From assembly GCA_001002765.1 (NCBI GenBank), contig LCMS01000001.1, positions 4,662-68,661 of the forward strand: a DNA stretch of 64,000 nucleotides, written 5' to 3'. Position 1 is the stretch's first letter. Every line of letters starts with the position of its first letter. The notes under the pieces are model-generated. The model was given only the letters and a program-made list of their open reading frames with translations, did not search any database and was not told the origin of the DNA. Position numbers and translations under genes: made by a program. The stretch is from Candidatus Uhrbacteria bacterium GW2011_GWE2_46_68 (GTDB taxonomy: Bacteria > Patescibacteriota > Patescibacteriia > UBA9934 > GWF2-40-263). Of this stretch, positions 54,033 to 64,000 are shown one piece after another.

Positions 54033-55820
54033 ATGGATCAAAATCTGATACGAAATTTCTGCATTATTGCGCACATTGATCATGGAAAGTCCACGCTTGC
54101 GGATCGCATGTTGGAAATGACCGGTACCGTGGATAAACGCAAAATGAAGGATCAAATTCTTGACTCCATGGATCTGGAGCGCGAAAAAGGGATCACGATC
54201 AAACTCACTCCGGCGCGCATGCACTATGAGGGGCATATTCTTAACTTAATCGATACCCCCGGGCATGTGGATTTTAATTATGAAGTTTCCAGATCTTTGG
54301 CAGCTGTGGAAGGAGCTGTTCTTCTTGTCGACTCCACCCAAGGAGTACAAGCGCAAACCATCGGGAATCTCTATCTTGCACTTGCCGAAGATCTCACCAT
54401 TATTCCCGTGCTCAATAAAATTGATCTTCCTGCGGCCGATGTCCCACGTCGTCGGCAAGAGCTCATGCAGCTTCTTGGATGTTCGCCTGATGAAATTCTG
54501 ACCGTGAGCGGAAAGACAGGCGAGGGAGTTCCTTTACTCTTACAGGAAATCATCAAGCGTATTCCTGCGCCGCAGGGAGATGCCACACGTCCATCACGAG
54601 CCCTTATTTTTGATTCTTTTTACGATGACTACAAAGGTGTGGTGGCTTATATTCGTGTGGTGGATGGAAGTTTTCACAAAGGAAAAAATGTCCGCATGTT
54701 TGCCACCCATGCACAGGGTGAAATTTTGGAACTCGGTGCCATTAATCCTACAGGGTGGCAACCTGCAGACACGCTTGAAACCGGACAAATCGGGTATCTC
54801 GTCACCGGACTTAAGGATATTCAAGGATGTCGCGTGGGGGACACGGTTATTGCCGCAGATCATGGAGCGGTCGAACATCTTCTCGGTTATAAAGAGGTAA
54901 AGCCCATGGTATATGCCGGATTGTTTCCTCAAGAGGGAAGTGACTTCCAACGTTTGCGCGAGGCCATGGATCGATTGAAACTCAATGATGCGGCACTTAC
55001 GTTTGAGCCCGAACATTCTCCCGCACTTGGGTATGGATTTCGTTGCGGGCTTTTGGGGATGCTTCATTTGGAAATCGTCAAGGAACGGTTGGAGCGTGAG
55101 TATGATCTTCCTCTTGTCATTACCGTTCCATCCGTGGGGTACACGGTTTACAAAAAAGGAGGGGAGAAAATGATGATCAAAAGTCCACTTGAGCTTCCCG
55201 ATCCTTCTTTTTATGATCACATCGAAGAACCTTGGGTCAAGGTGGATATTGTGACACCCAATGATTTTATCGGAGCGGTCATGTCTCTGGTTCAAGATCG
55301 GCGAGGAATGTACAAAAATACCGAATATCTTTCTGATGCCCAGGCGATTTTGCACTATGAGATGCCTCTTTCCATGGTGATTGTGGATTTTTATGACAAG
55401 CTCAAAAGTGTGACCTCCGGATATGCCTCGCTCAACTATGAATGGTTTGGAGAGCGCATGGCCGATGTGGTGCGGATGGATATTTTGGTTGCAGAGGAGC
55501 CGGAGGAAGCGTTTGCCACTCTTGTGTATCGTGATGAGGCCGAGCGTGTGGGGAGACGAGTCATTAGTGTGCTTAAAGATTCCATTCCCAAACAATGGTT
55601 TGTGATCAAACTTCAGGCAGCCATTGGAGGCAAGGTTGTGGCGGCAGAGCGCATCAGTGCACTTCGTAAAGATGTGACTGCAAAATTATATGGTGGAGAT
55701 GTCACACGTAAACGAAAACTTCTCGAAAAGCAAAAGAAAGGAAAGGCTAAGATGGCCGAATTCGGAAAAGGCAAGGTTCAGATTCCAACCAGCGCGTATT
55801 TGGAAGTGTTGAAACGATAA
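54033..55820 (+). CDS. lepA: elongation factor 4 (LepA)
   Basis: NFCIIAHIDHGKSTLADR and DTPGHVDF motifs plus the LepA C-terminal domain. Confidence 0.9.
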   Translation: MDQNLIRNFCIIAHIDHGKSTLADRMLEMTGTVDKRKMKDQILDSMDLEREKGITIKLTPARMHYEGHILNLIDTPGHVDFNYEVSRSLAAVEGAVLLVDSTQGVQAQTIGNLYLALAEDLTIIPVLNKIDLPAADVPRRRQELMQLLGCSPDEILTVSGKTGEGVPLLLQEIIKRIPAPQGDATRPSRALIFDSFYDDYKGVVAYIRVVDGSFHKGKNVRMFATHAQGEILELGAINPTGWQPADTLETGQIGYLVTGLKDIQGCRVGDTVIAADHGAVEHLLGYKEVKPMVYAGLFPQEGSDFQRLREAMDRLKLNDAALTFEPEHSPALGYGFRCGLLGMLHLEIVKERLEREYDLPLVITVPSVGYTVYKKGGEKMMIKSPLELPDPSFYDHIEEPWVKVDIVTPNDFIGAVMSLVQDRRGMYKNTEYLSDAQAILHYEMPLSMVIVDFYDKLKSVTSGYASLNYEWFGERMADVVRMDILVAEEPEEAFATLVYRDEAERVGRRVISVLKDSIPKQWFVIKLQAAIGGKVVAAERISALRKDVTAKLYGGDVTRKRKLLEKQKKGKAKMAEFGKGKVQIPTSAYLEVLKR

Positions 55821-55885
55821 TGGGGTCAGGTCGTGCTTCGTGCTTTTTATCCACGATGAAATAAAAACTCTCATCATTAATCATT

Positions 55886-57628
55886 ATGCCCGATATTTTT
55901 TGGCAAATAGCGCCACAGGTTTCAGAAGAAGAAACAGATGCTTATCCCGAGATAGATCCGGTTGTTTTGCAGTTGCTTGCCAATCGTGGCATCAAGTCAC
56001 AGGAAGCGATTGACATTTTTTTAGGTCCCGATTGGGGGCGCGATACCCATGATCCTTCTCTTTTTTTACACATGAAGCAAGCGACCAACCGTGTGTTTCA
56101 AGCGATTGAACGCGAAGAAATGATCAGTGTCCACGGTGACTATGATGCCGATGGTGTCTGCGGGACAGCCGTACTCGTCACGGTTTTGCGAGACATTTGC
56201 CGCCAACTGAAATGTGATCACGCCCGTTTTTCCACCTATATTCCTCATAGAGAAAAAGAAGGATATGGCCTTCATGAACATACGGTGCGGCACTTGCAAA
56301 AAGATGTGGGAACCAAACTTATTATCACGGTTGATTGCGGTATCAGCAATTATCAAGCGATTGAACTTGCCCACGATCTTGGTATGGATGTGATCGTCTG
56401 CGATCACCATGATGTGCCTGAGAAAGTTCCGAAAAACGCGATATTGATCCATCCGCAAGTCGTAGGAGAAACCTACCCGTTTAAACATTTGAGCGGAACC
56501 GGGGTGGCGTTTAAGTTTGCTCATGCTCTGCTTGAAGAAGCAAATCGTCGTGGAGCCGGATTTCATAAAGGCTATGAAAAGTGGTTGCTTGATTTGGTGG
56601 CGATTGCAACTGTGACTGACATCATGCCGCTCTTGGGAGAAAATCGCGTCCTCGAGCATTATGGACTTCTTGTTTTGAATAAAACGCGCCGCGTGGGACT
56701 CAAAAAATTGGTGGAGATTTCCGGAGGAGAATTTGGAAAACTGGATACCACGTCGATCGGGTATCAGATTGGTCCTCGGCTTAATGCGGCAGGAAGAATG
56801 GATCATGCCGACGTGGCACTGCAACTTCTCATTGAAGAAGACGAATCACGAGCGCTAGGACTTGCCAAAGAATTGCAAGAACTCAATATCGAACGACAAA
56901 AACAATCGGAAACGATTTTTCAAGAAGCTAAACGCCAAGTGGAAGCGCAGGAGGAATGTTCTTTGATTGTGGTGGTTGGTGAAGGATGGCCGGCCGGACT
57001 TGTGGGACTTGTGGCGGGAAAGTTAGTAGCCGCCTATCATCGTCCCGTATTTGTGATAGGACAAGAAGGGGAGGAATATGTGGGCTCGGGCCGAAGCCTT
57101 GGGGGATTTCATATGACGACCGCCTTGCAGACTATTGCAAAACATTTGGATGCGTTTGGCGGACATCCTCAAGCTTGCGGATTTTCGACGCGCGGAAAAG
57201 ATCGATTGGAAAAAGTTGTGGAAGGATTGCTTGCTTTTGCCAAGGAGACCATCCCCGATCCAAAAGTTGTGGCGACACTTGCCGTTGATGCAGAAATTCC
57301 ACTCTCATTATTGGATTGGGATTTTTACGGAGATTTGGAAAAGTTTGCGCCGTTTGGTGAAAAAAATCCTCGTCCGATTTTTTGTTCTCGTAACTTGACT
57401 GTGATGGGGATGGATACAGTGGGACTTCAGGGAAAACACTTGCGTTTGGTTTTACAATCTCCCGAAGGAAGAACATCCAAGTTTATCGGATTTAAATTTG
57501 GTGATTGGATTGAGCGATTGCATTTGGGAGCTCAATTGGATGTCGTTTACGAAATTGGAGTGAATGAGTGGAATGGCAGTCGTGAGCTTCAATGTTCCAT
57601 TCGTGATTTACGATTAGCATCACAATAA
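55886..57628 (+). CDS. recJ: single-stranded-DNA-specific exonuclease RecJ
   Basis: DHH motifs HGDYDADGVCG and DHH at VIVCDHHD, plus a DHHA1 region. Confidence 0.85.
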   Translation: MPDIFWQIAPQVSEEETDAYPEIDPVVLQLLANRGIKSQEAIDIFLGPDWGRDTHDPSLFLHMKQATNRVFQAIEREEMISVHGDYDADGVCGTAVLVTVLRDICRQLKCDHARFSTYIPHREKEGYGLHEHTVRHLQKDVGTKLIITVDCGISNYQAIELAHDLGMDVIVCDHHDVPEKVPKNAILIHPQVVGETYPFKHLSGTGVAFKFAHALLEEANRRGAGFHKGYEKWLLDLVAIATVTDIMPLLGENRVLEHYGLLVLNKTRRVGLKKLVEISGGEFGKLDTTSIGYQIGPRLNAAGRMDHADVALQLLIEEDESRALGLAKELQELNIERQKQSETIFQEAKRQVEAQEECSLIVVVGEGWPAGLVGLVAGKLVAAYHRPVFVIGQEGEEYVGSGRSLGGFHMTTALQTIAKHLDAFGGHPQACGFSTRGKDRLEKVVEGLLAFAKETIPDPKVVATLAVDAEIPLSLLDWDFYGDLEKFAPFGEKNPRPIFCSRNLTVMGMDTVGLQGKHLRLVLQSPEGRTSKFIGFKFGDWIERLHLGAQLDVVYEIGVNEWNGSRELQCSIRDLRLASQ

Positions 57629-57630
57629 TT

Positions 57631-58059
57631 ATGGAGGAAGCAATAAAAAAAGTGCGGATGTATACCGATGGGGGATCGCGGGGGAACCCGGGACCTGCGG
57701 CTTGCGCGGCAGTGATTAAACGCATGGAGGATGGGGAAGAAAAGGAGAATTTGGATCAGGTTTCGGAATACCTTGGAAAGACAACGAATAACCAGGCGGA
57801 ATATATGGCCATTATTCGTGGACTGGAAAAGGCCAAGGCTTTGGGAGCGCAAGAAGTGGAAGTGGTCATGGATTCCGAGCTTGCGGTCAAACAACTTAAT
57901 CGTGAATATAAAGTGAAAGATCCTGGTATCGCCGCGCGATTTTTGGAGGTGTGGAACGTGACACAAGCATTTCGTCATGTGACTTTTCGTCATGTGCGTC
58001 GAGAACAAAATCAAGAAGCCGATGCACTTGTGAATGAGTGTCTTGATAACCATCATTAG
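57631..58059 (+). CDS. rnhA: ribonuclease HI
   Basis: MYTDGGSRGNPGPAACAAV, NQAEYMA and MDSELAVKQL motifs. Confidence 0.75.
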   Translation: MEEAIKKVRMYTDGGSRGNPGPAACAAVIKRMEDGEEKENLDQVSEYLGKTTNNQAEYMAIIRGLEKAKALGAQEVEVVMDSELAVKQLNREYKVKDPGIAARFLEVWNVTQAFRHVTFRHVRREQNQEADALVNECLDNHH

Positions 58060-58061
58060 AG

Positions 58062-59378
58062 ATGTCTATGTCTCTTTCTCGACCAAGTTTGGAATCTTCC
58101 CCCTCTGCCGCCCCTGCGGAGGCAGGGGTCCAGCGCACTTCGGAAATTCTTGGCGAAGCCATTATGGATTCGGTTTCAAGTGTTCGTGATTCTTTGCCCA
58201 AGGAACATCGTGAACATTTCAATGCTCTCCGCAGGGAGATCATTGATTTTACAAAAGTTCACGGGATTCCAAAAGAATCCCTTACCAAACCCGCCGTTCT
58301 CCTCGAGGCTACAAAAAAACTTTCCACTTCAGACCTTGAACGACTCGCTCTCCTTCTCGAACGCTTTGAATATCTACTTAAACACAAGGAGCCAAAGGAA
58401 ATCACAGATCCTTTAGAATATGCCGAAGAGTTTTATCATCTTCGTGAGCAATACACTTTCCAAGTTTCCCTTCTTGAGCAAGTCGGTATCCTCAAAGAAG
58501 GAGCCATCCTAGGCATAGACGGTAATACCTATCCCATTCCCACTTTGGAACAAATGGCTTCTCGTCTCTTTGAGCGCCGTGAGACTCTTAAAACAAAACA
58601 CGACCAAGGCTTTACCAAACTCCTCCTTGTTCCTTTTGGTATGAGCCTTGATAGTCTCCAAGAAACATTCGAACAATTCCTTCTCAAATACAAAAAGGAT
58701 AATCCCACTTTTGATCTTGATACTAACGAACCTCTCTGGACGGGTGCAGACTATCAAGGAGCAGACATAGGAAATTCCCCAAACCTTGTCTATTATCCAC
58801 AGTCTTTTACAAAAGAAGGTCATGGGGGGAAGACAAAAGCACAGATACTCGTAGAACAAGCTCAAGGACGATGGGCCCCTGCCTCCGCAGGGGTGGTAGG
58901 AGAGAAGGGAGTTGGAACCCCAGGCTGGACTGTTCATCTTCTTCAGCCTTCTAATCCTTCCGATCCACATTCCCCGGGCTTTGCTTCCATTCCTAGAGAA
59001 GGACAAGGAACACCCCAAGGAAACCTTGTCCCTCGACCTCCTCTTGAGGCAAACGAAACCTCCAATGAATATCTTTCCATTCTTCAAAAAGCTCAAGAGG
59101 ATGAAGACTCTCCCTATCATGGTGAAACAGGCATGACTCCTGAAGATTGGATCATAGCCTTTATGATTCACCTTTTTGAAACAGGAAAACCCCTTGATGA
59201 TGCACGGAATCCCACAAACAAAGAAAGCACCTCTTACCTTACAGGAGCTTTTTTTCGGTTCTCCATCCGTGTGCCTTACGTGTGTTGGATCCGTGATAGT
59301 CGTCAGGCTTACCTCAGCGCGCTTGATCTTCATGCTCGGGGTGTGACCTTTGGTTTGCGGTCTTCGGTGGTGATTTAA
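58062..59378 (+). CDS. hypothetical protein (438 aa), tandem paralogue A
   Basis: The N-terminal ~70 aa are near-identical to the next gene, and the HGETGMTPEDWI motif is shared. Confidence 0.55.
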   Translation: MSMSLSRPSLESSPSAAPAEAGVQRTSEILGEAIMDSVSSVRDSLPKEHREHFNALRREIIDFTKVHGIPKESLTKPAVLLEATKKLSTSDLERLALLLERFEYLLKHKEPKEITDPLEYAEEFYHLREQYTFQVSLLEQVGILKEGAILGIDGNTYPIPTLEQMASRLFERRETLKTKHDQGFTKLLLVPFGMSLDSLQETFEQFLLKYKKDNPTFDLDTNEPLWTGADYQGADIGNSPNLVYYPQSFTKEGHGGKTKAQILVEQAQGRWAPASAGVVGEKGVGTPGWTVHLLQPSNPSDPHSPGFASIPREGQGTPQGNLVPRPPLEANETSNEYLSILQKAQEDEDSPYHGETGMTPEDWIIAFMIHLFETGKPLDDARNPTNKESTSYLTGAFFRFSIRVPYVCWIRDSRQAYLSALDLHARGVTFGLRSSVVI

Positions 59379-59381
59379 CCT

Positions 59382-60665
59382 TTGATATCTATGTCTCTTT
59401 TCCGACCAAGTTTGGAATCTTTTCCGTCTGCTACCCCCACGGAGGTGGGGGTCAAGCGCACTTCGGAAATTCTTGGCGAAGCCATCATGGATTCTGTTTC
59501 AAGTGTCCGTGATTCTTTGTCTAAAGAACACCGCGCATATTTTGAAACTTTGCGACAAGAGATCATCACCTTCACCGAGGTTCACGGGATTCCAAGAGAA
59601 TCTCTTGGCAAGCCCGACCTCCTCCGCGAGGCGACTGGCAAACTTTCCATTCCAGATCTTGAACGACTTGCCAATCTTCTTGAACGATTTGAATACCTTC
59701 TTAAGAACGGGGAACCAAAGAAAGAAGAACTCCCCGAATATTTTCAAGAAATTGAACGTCTTTATCATCTTCGCGAGCAATACACTTTTCAATTCAACCT
59801 TCTTAAAGAAACGGGAATACTTAAAGAAGGAGCCATCCTAGGCATAGACGGTAAGACCTATCCCATCCCCACTTTGGAACAAATCGCCATGCGTCTGTTT
59901 GAACGTCGTGGCGAACTTTCCACTAAACATGACCAAGGCTTTACTAAACTCCTCCTTGTTCCCTTTGGGATGAGTCTTGGTACTCTCCGAGAAATCCTCA
60001 AACAATTCCTACTCAAATATAAAGAGTCCCACTCCTCTTTTGATCTTTATAAACGCGAACCTCTTTGGACGTGGAAAAACTATCAAGGAGCAGACACAGG
60101 AGATTCTCCTAAGCTTGTTTATTATCCACAGTCTTTTGATCCGAAAGAGCATCAAGGAAAGACAAAGATGGAGATACTTGAAGAACAAGAAGACAATCAA
60201 GATTCCTTTCCCGGTTGGACTGTTCATCTTCTCCAGCCTTCTGATCCTTCCAATCTACATTCCCCGGGCTTTGCTTCTATTCCCAGAGAAGGACAAGGAA
60301 CACCCCAAGGAAAGCTCATCTCACGTCCTCCTCTTGAAGCAAACAAATATCTCAAGGAATATCTTTCCATTCTTCAAAAAGCTCAAGAGGATGAAGACTC
60401 TCCCTATCATGGTGAAACAGGCATGACTCCCGAAGATTGGATCACAGCCTTTATGATTCATCTTTCTGAAACAGGAAAACCAATGGATAACTGGCAAAAT
60501 AATAAAGAAAGCAAATCTTGCCTCATCGGAGCTTTTTTCTCGGCGCCCTCTGTCTCCATTCCTTGTGCACATTGGCGTTACGGTGATGCGCAGGTGCACT
60601 TAGAAAGTTTGGAAACCAAGTTTCCAGATGATTATGTGGGTGTCCGTACTTCGGTAGTGGTTTAA
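59382..60665 (+). CDS. hypothetical protein (427 aa), tandem paralogue B
   Basis: See paralogue A. Confidence 0.55.
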   Translation: MISMSLFRPSLESFPSATPTEVGVKRTSEILGEAIMDSVSSVRDSLSKEHRAYFETLRQEIITFTEVHGIPRESLGKPDLLREATGKLSIPDLERLANLLERFEYLLKNGEPKKEELPEYFQEIERLYHLREQYTFQFNLLKETGILKEGAILGIDGKTYPIPTLEQIAMRLFERRGELSTKHDQGFTKLLLVPFGMSLGTLREILKQFLLKYKESHSSFDLYKREPLWTWKNYQGADTGDSPKLVYYPQSFDPKEHQGKTKMEILEEQEDNQDSFPGWTVHLLQPSDPSNLHSPGFASIPREGQGTPQGKLISRPPLEANKYLKEYLSILQKAQEDEDSPYHGETGMTPEDWITAFMIHLSETGKPMDNWQNNKESKSCLIGAFFSAPSVSIPCAHWRYGDAQVHLESLETKFPDDYVGVRTSVVV

Positions 60666-60670
60666 CGTCG

Positions 60671-60952
60671 TTGTCACCGAAGATCAAAACGACGTACAAT
60701 AAAAGTATTATGTTGCAAGAAGAAATGCTCAAGAAAATTGAAGAAGCACTTGTAAAGATTCGTCCTCTGTTGGCACAAGACGGAGGAGACATCGAGCTTC
60801 TTTCTTTTGATCCGGGAACACAGATGGTCACGGTTCGTTTTCTTGGTGCTTGTCAGGGATGTCCTATGGCGCAATTCACCTTGCAACGCATCATCAAAAC
60901 AACCATCCAAGAATCTTGCCCCTTTGTTACTGATGTTATTCTCAACCCATGA
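60671..60952 (+). CDS. NifU-like (Nfu) Fe-S cluster domain protein
   Basis: LGACQGCPMAQFTLQ CxxC motif. Confidence 0.7.
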   Translation: MSPKIKTTYNKSIMLQEEMLKKIEEALVKIRPLLAQDGGDIELLSFDPGTQMVTVRFLGACQGCPMAQFTLQRIIKTTIQESCPFVTDVILNP

Positions 60953-61350
60953 ACCTTTTCAAACGTCATTTTAAACCGCGTTATCTCTGGATCGCTTTGG
61001 TAACCTTGGTGCGGCAATCAAAAACGTTTCGCATCACCACGGTGATTTCGTTTCTTTTTTTGCTCGCCATGTGGTTTTTGCCCATATGGCGCATTGTGCC
61101 TTTGGCCGAACTCAAACCTTTTCTTCCGCTTCACTATAATGTCTATATGGGTATTGATCGTTTTGGTCCTTGGTACGGTGCTTTTGTGATTCCGGTTCTT
61201 GGGACATTTCTGTGGATCATCAACAGTATTTTCGAAGCGCTGTTTTTTCAAAAGGCGCGAGTGCTGTCATCCTTTTTTGCGTTTGGAACCGTTGTCACCG
61301 AAGGGGTCCTTTTGGTTTCTTTGATTTTTATGATTCTTTTGAACGTATGA
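60949..61350 (+). CDS. small membrane protein
   Basis: 3 predicted TM segments. Confidence 0.3.
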   Translation: MNLFKRHFKPRYLWIALVTLVRQSKTFRITTVISFLFLLAMWFLPIWRIVPLAELKPFLPLHYNVYMGIDRFGPWYGAFVIPVLGTFLWIINSIFEALFFQKARVLSSFFAFGTVVTEGVLLVSLIFMILLNV

Positions 61351-62405
61351 CTTTGGAATCTTTTGAACTTATTCGTATTTTATTTTTGACCGCGGCCGCT
61401 TTTTTGATCGCGGTGGCGTGGACCCCGCTGCTTATGAAGGTGCTTGTGCATTTTAAAGCGGGAAAATCCATTCGCAGCGAAAAGGAAGCGCCGATTTTTG
61501 CCAAACTTCATGCCAAAAAAATCGGCACACCCACCATGGGGGGTGTGCTTGTTTGGGGGACCGTTCTTTTGATCGCACTTTGTTTGTATTATGCCGCAGG
61601 GTTTGTTCCGGCCGATCATCTGTTGGCCAAGTTGAATTTTTTAACACGCTCGCAAACCTTGTTGCCTTTGGGGGTATTAGTAGCCACAGCCATCGCAGGA
61701 TTTCTGGATGATTATTTGAATATTCGCAGGATCGGATCTGGCGGCGGAGGACTGCGTATGCGTCATCGTTTACTCATTTATACGTTGATTGCTTTTGTGG
61801 GAGCTTGGTGGTTTCGTATAAAGCTCGATTGGGATTTGATTTCTGTCCCATTTCTCGGGGATTTCAATTTGGGATTTTGGTATTTGCCGTTATTTTTATT
61901 TGTGATTATTGCCACGGCCTTTTCGGTGAATGAAACCGACGGGCTTGATGGATTGGCAGGCGGAACCTTGATGACATCGTTTGGTGCGTACGCTGTGATT
62001 GCCTTCGCGCTTGGTAAATATGATTTGGCGGTTTTCTGCGGAGTGATTTTAGGCGCGCTTTTAGCATTCCTTTGGTTTAATATCTATCCGGCACGATTTA
62101 TCATGGGAGATACAGGCGCTATGTCTTTGGGGATTACACTTGGTGTTGTAGCCATGCTCACCAATGCTCCTTTTATTCTCCCCATCGTAGGTTTGGTGTT
62201 TGTGTTGGAATCATGCTCTGTATTGTTGCAAGTTTTTTGGAAGCGTGTGTTTCATCATAAACTTTTTCTTTCCGCACCGTTTCATCATCACCTCGAGGCG
62301 ATAGGCTGGCCCGAACCAAAGATTGTCATGCGGCTTTGGGTTATTTCCATGGTTTGCGCCCCGCTTGGAGTTGCCTTGTTTCTTTTGGATGCCTTAATAC
62401 CGTAA
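61347..62405 (+). CDS. mraY: phospho-N-acetylmuramoyl-pentapeptide transferase
   Basis: NETDGLDGLAGG and other MraY boxes; start trimmed to MTLESFELIR to give a 352-aa protein. Confidence 0.85.
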   Translation: MTLESFELIRILFLTAAAFLIAVAWTPLLMKVLVHFKAGKSIRSEKEAPIFAKLHAKKIGTPTMGGVLVWGTVLLIALCLYYAAGFVPADHLLAKLNFLTRSQTLLPLGVLVATAIAGFLDDYLNIRRIGSGGGGLRMRHRLLIYTLIAFVGAWWFRIKLDWDLISVPFLGDFNLGFWYLPLFLFVIIATAFSVNETDGLDGLAGGTLMTSFGAYAVIAFALGKYDLAVFCGVILGALLAFLWFNIYPARFIMGDTGAMSLGITLGVVAMLTNAPFILPIVGLVFVLESCSVLLQVFWKRVFHHKLFLSAPFHHHLEAIGWPEPKIVMRLWVISMVCAPLGVALFLLDALIP

Positions 62406-62412
62406 ACGCATT

Positions 62413-63534
62413 ATGACCCGTGGTTCCGGACACGTGGATTATTCTTTTCTCTCCATTGTCGGGGCCATTATTCTTTTTGGTCTTATCATGCTCGTGTCCG
62501 CATCTGCCCCGGAAGGATATCGAGAATTTTTTGACAGCTACTATTACGTTAAACATCAATTGATTTTCGGTTTTATTCCAGGTCTTGCCGGGCTGCTTTT
62601 GTTCAGCCGCATTCCGTATACGTTTTGGCGTAAGCATGCATGGAATCTTTTGATTATATCGATCGTTCTTTTGGTTATTGTATTTATCCCGGGGATTTCC
62701 GCTGGAATCGGGACTGCACATAGTTGGATTTCGGTAGCTGGTGTTTTTTCCATTCAACCTTCCGAGATTGTGAAGCTCACCTTTCTTTTTTATTTGGCAG
62801 GATGGTTGAGTCAGAGAGGAAAACGTGCGGTTGAAGATGTTCACGGCGGGCTACTTCCGTTTGTAGGGGTACTTGGGACAATCATGCTTCTCATGATTTT
62901 ACAGCCGGATACGGGAACCATGTTTATTATCGCGGCCATGGCATTGGTAGTGTATTTTGTCGCGGGGGCGCCTCTTGCGTATGTACTTGGACTTTTTGGT
63001 GCAGGGCTTGGGGGTCTGTCACTTCTCATCAGTTTTTCACCGTATCGCGCGGCGAGGTTTACCACGTTTTTGCATCCCGAGCTTGATCCACAGGGGATCG
63101 GGTATCATATCAATCAAGCACTTTTGGCGATTGGGACCGGAGGATTTTTAGGTCTTGGATATGGGCATTCGCGTCAAAAGTTTGAGTATCTTCCCGAGGC
63201 TATCAATGATTCCATTTTTGCGATTATTGCCGAGGAAATGGGATTTATACTTGCGGTTGGGCTATTACTGCTTTTTGTCGCATTCGTATGGCGTGCTGTG
63301 GCAATCGCCAAGGCCGCACCGGATGATTTTGCAAAATATGTGACCGTGGGAATCACTGCATGGATTGCCTTGCAGGCGATCGTGAATATCGGCTCTATGG
63401 TGTCTTTGCTTCCTATGACCGGGGTTCCGCTTCCTTTTATAAGTTATGGTGGAACATCTTTGGCTGTTGCCATGTCCGCGGTCGGTGTGGTACTCAATAT
63501 TTCTAAACATACAAAAAATTCATCCATTGTATGA
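62413..63534 (+). CDS. ftsW: SEDS family peptidoglycan glycosyltransferase FtsW/RodA
   Basis: About 10 TM segments and the SIQPSEIVKL motif. Confidence 0.8.
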   Translation: MTRGSGHVDYSFLSIVGAIILFGLIMLVSASAPEGYREFFDSYYYVKHQLIFGFIPGLAGLLLFSRIPYTFWRKHAWNLLIISIVLLVIVFIPGISAGIGTAHSWISVAGVFSIQPSEIVKLTFLFYLAGWLSQRGKRAVEDVHGGLLPFVGVLGTIMLLMILQPDTGTMFIIAAMALVVYFVAGAPLAYVLGLFGAGLGGLSLLISFSPYRAARFTTFLHPELDPQGIGYHINQALLAIGTGGFLGLGYGHSRQKFEYLPEAINDSIFAIIAEEMGFILAVGLLLLFVAFVWRAVAIAKAAPDDFAKYVTVGITAWIALQAIVNIGSMVSLLPMTGVPLPFISYGGTSLAVAMSAVGVVLNISKHTKNSSIV

Positions 63535-64000
63535 ACGTTTTATTTGCAGGCGGTGGAACCTTGGGTCCGGTCACTCCACTTTTGGCAGTTGTGCAAGCAT
63601 GGAAGGCACAAGAATCAGGTGTTTCTTTTTTTTGGGCGGGAACACCGCACGGACCCGAACGAGAAGTGGTGGAAAAGGCAGGAATCCCTTTTTTCCAAAT
63701 TATTGTGGCACGACTGCCGCGCTATCTTTCTTTGGAATGGGTAAAGCTACCCTTTGTTTTTTTGCGAGCCTTAAGGCAATCATGGTGTTTGATTTCAAAA
63801 GTGAAACCAGATGTAATCGGGGCGGCAGGAGGGTACACGTCAGTTCCCATTGTGTTTGTGGGGTGGATGCGCGGTATCCCGAGTTGGATTCATCAAATGG
63901 ATGGGGAACCGCTTTTATCCAATCGTCTTTTGGCGCCATTTGCCACGCGCATTACCGTGACATGGCCAGATATGGTTTATGCATTTCCTGCTTTCAAAAC
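63531..64000 (+). CDS. murG: UDP-GlcNAc:undecaprenyl-PP-MurNAc-pentapeptide GlcNAc transferase (partial; runs off the window)
   Basis: MNVLFAGGGTLGPVTPLLAV G-loop and its position after ftsW. Confidence 0.75.
   Translation, partial: MNVLFAGGGTLGPVTPLLAVVQAWKAQESGVSFFWAGTPHGPEREVVEKAGIPFFQIIVARLPRYLSLEWVKLPFVFLRALRQSWCLISKVKPDVIGAAGGYTSVPIVFVGWMRGIPSWIHQMDGEPLLSNRLLAPFATRITVTWPDMVYAFPAFK

Overview
This is a gene-dense bacterial chromosomal segment with no rRNA, tRNA or CRISPR array. The backbone is roughly 45% GC. It encodes housekeeping genes (bL21, LexA, MetK, a beta-CASP RNase J-like enzyme, LepA/EF4, RecJ, RNase HI, Nfu, MraY-FtsW-MurG) and cell-envelope glycosylation genes (two GT4 glycosyltransferases and an O-antigen-ligase-like membrane protein). 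It also carries an ECF-type sigma / anti-sigma-like pair next to a 1250-aa surface protein, and a monoderm-type type IV pilus locus with no secretin. That locus contains PilB, PilC, PilM, four prepilin-type minor pilins and a major pilin, interrupted by secreted or surface-anchored proteins, signal peptidase I and a histidine kinase / response regulator pair. The gene content fits a small-genome monoderm lineage such as Patescibacteria/CPR, but the taxon cannot be confirmed from sequence alone. The most unusual part is an ~8-kb high-GC island (about 4.99-12.96 kb). It holds four paralogous secreted proteins or lipoproteins built from Cys/Asp-rich MopE-type (putative metal-binding) repeats. It is decorated with a family of perfect 28-30-bp GC-rich palindromes, and it contains a consensus-promoter, structured-RNA, terminator unit that looks like a riboswitch or sRNA. 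Other noteworthy non-coding structures are an AT-rich AATTTCCAAT/ATTGGAAATT repeat family clustered around lexA and a four-helix-bundle (23S rRNA IVS-type) gene. There is also an inverted-repeat operator bracketing a perfect TATAAT, and three MITE-like elements with 23-28-bp terminal inverted repeats. Further points of interest are a recently duplicated tandem gene pair of unknown function and a MEMO-like/CapA fusion protein. All calls rest on reading the sequence and ORF translations by eye. No database searches were run.
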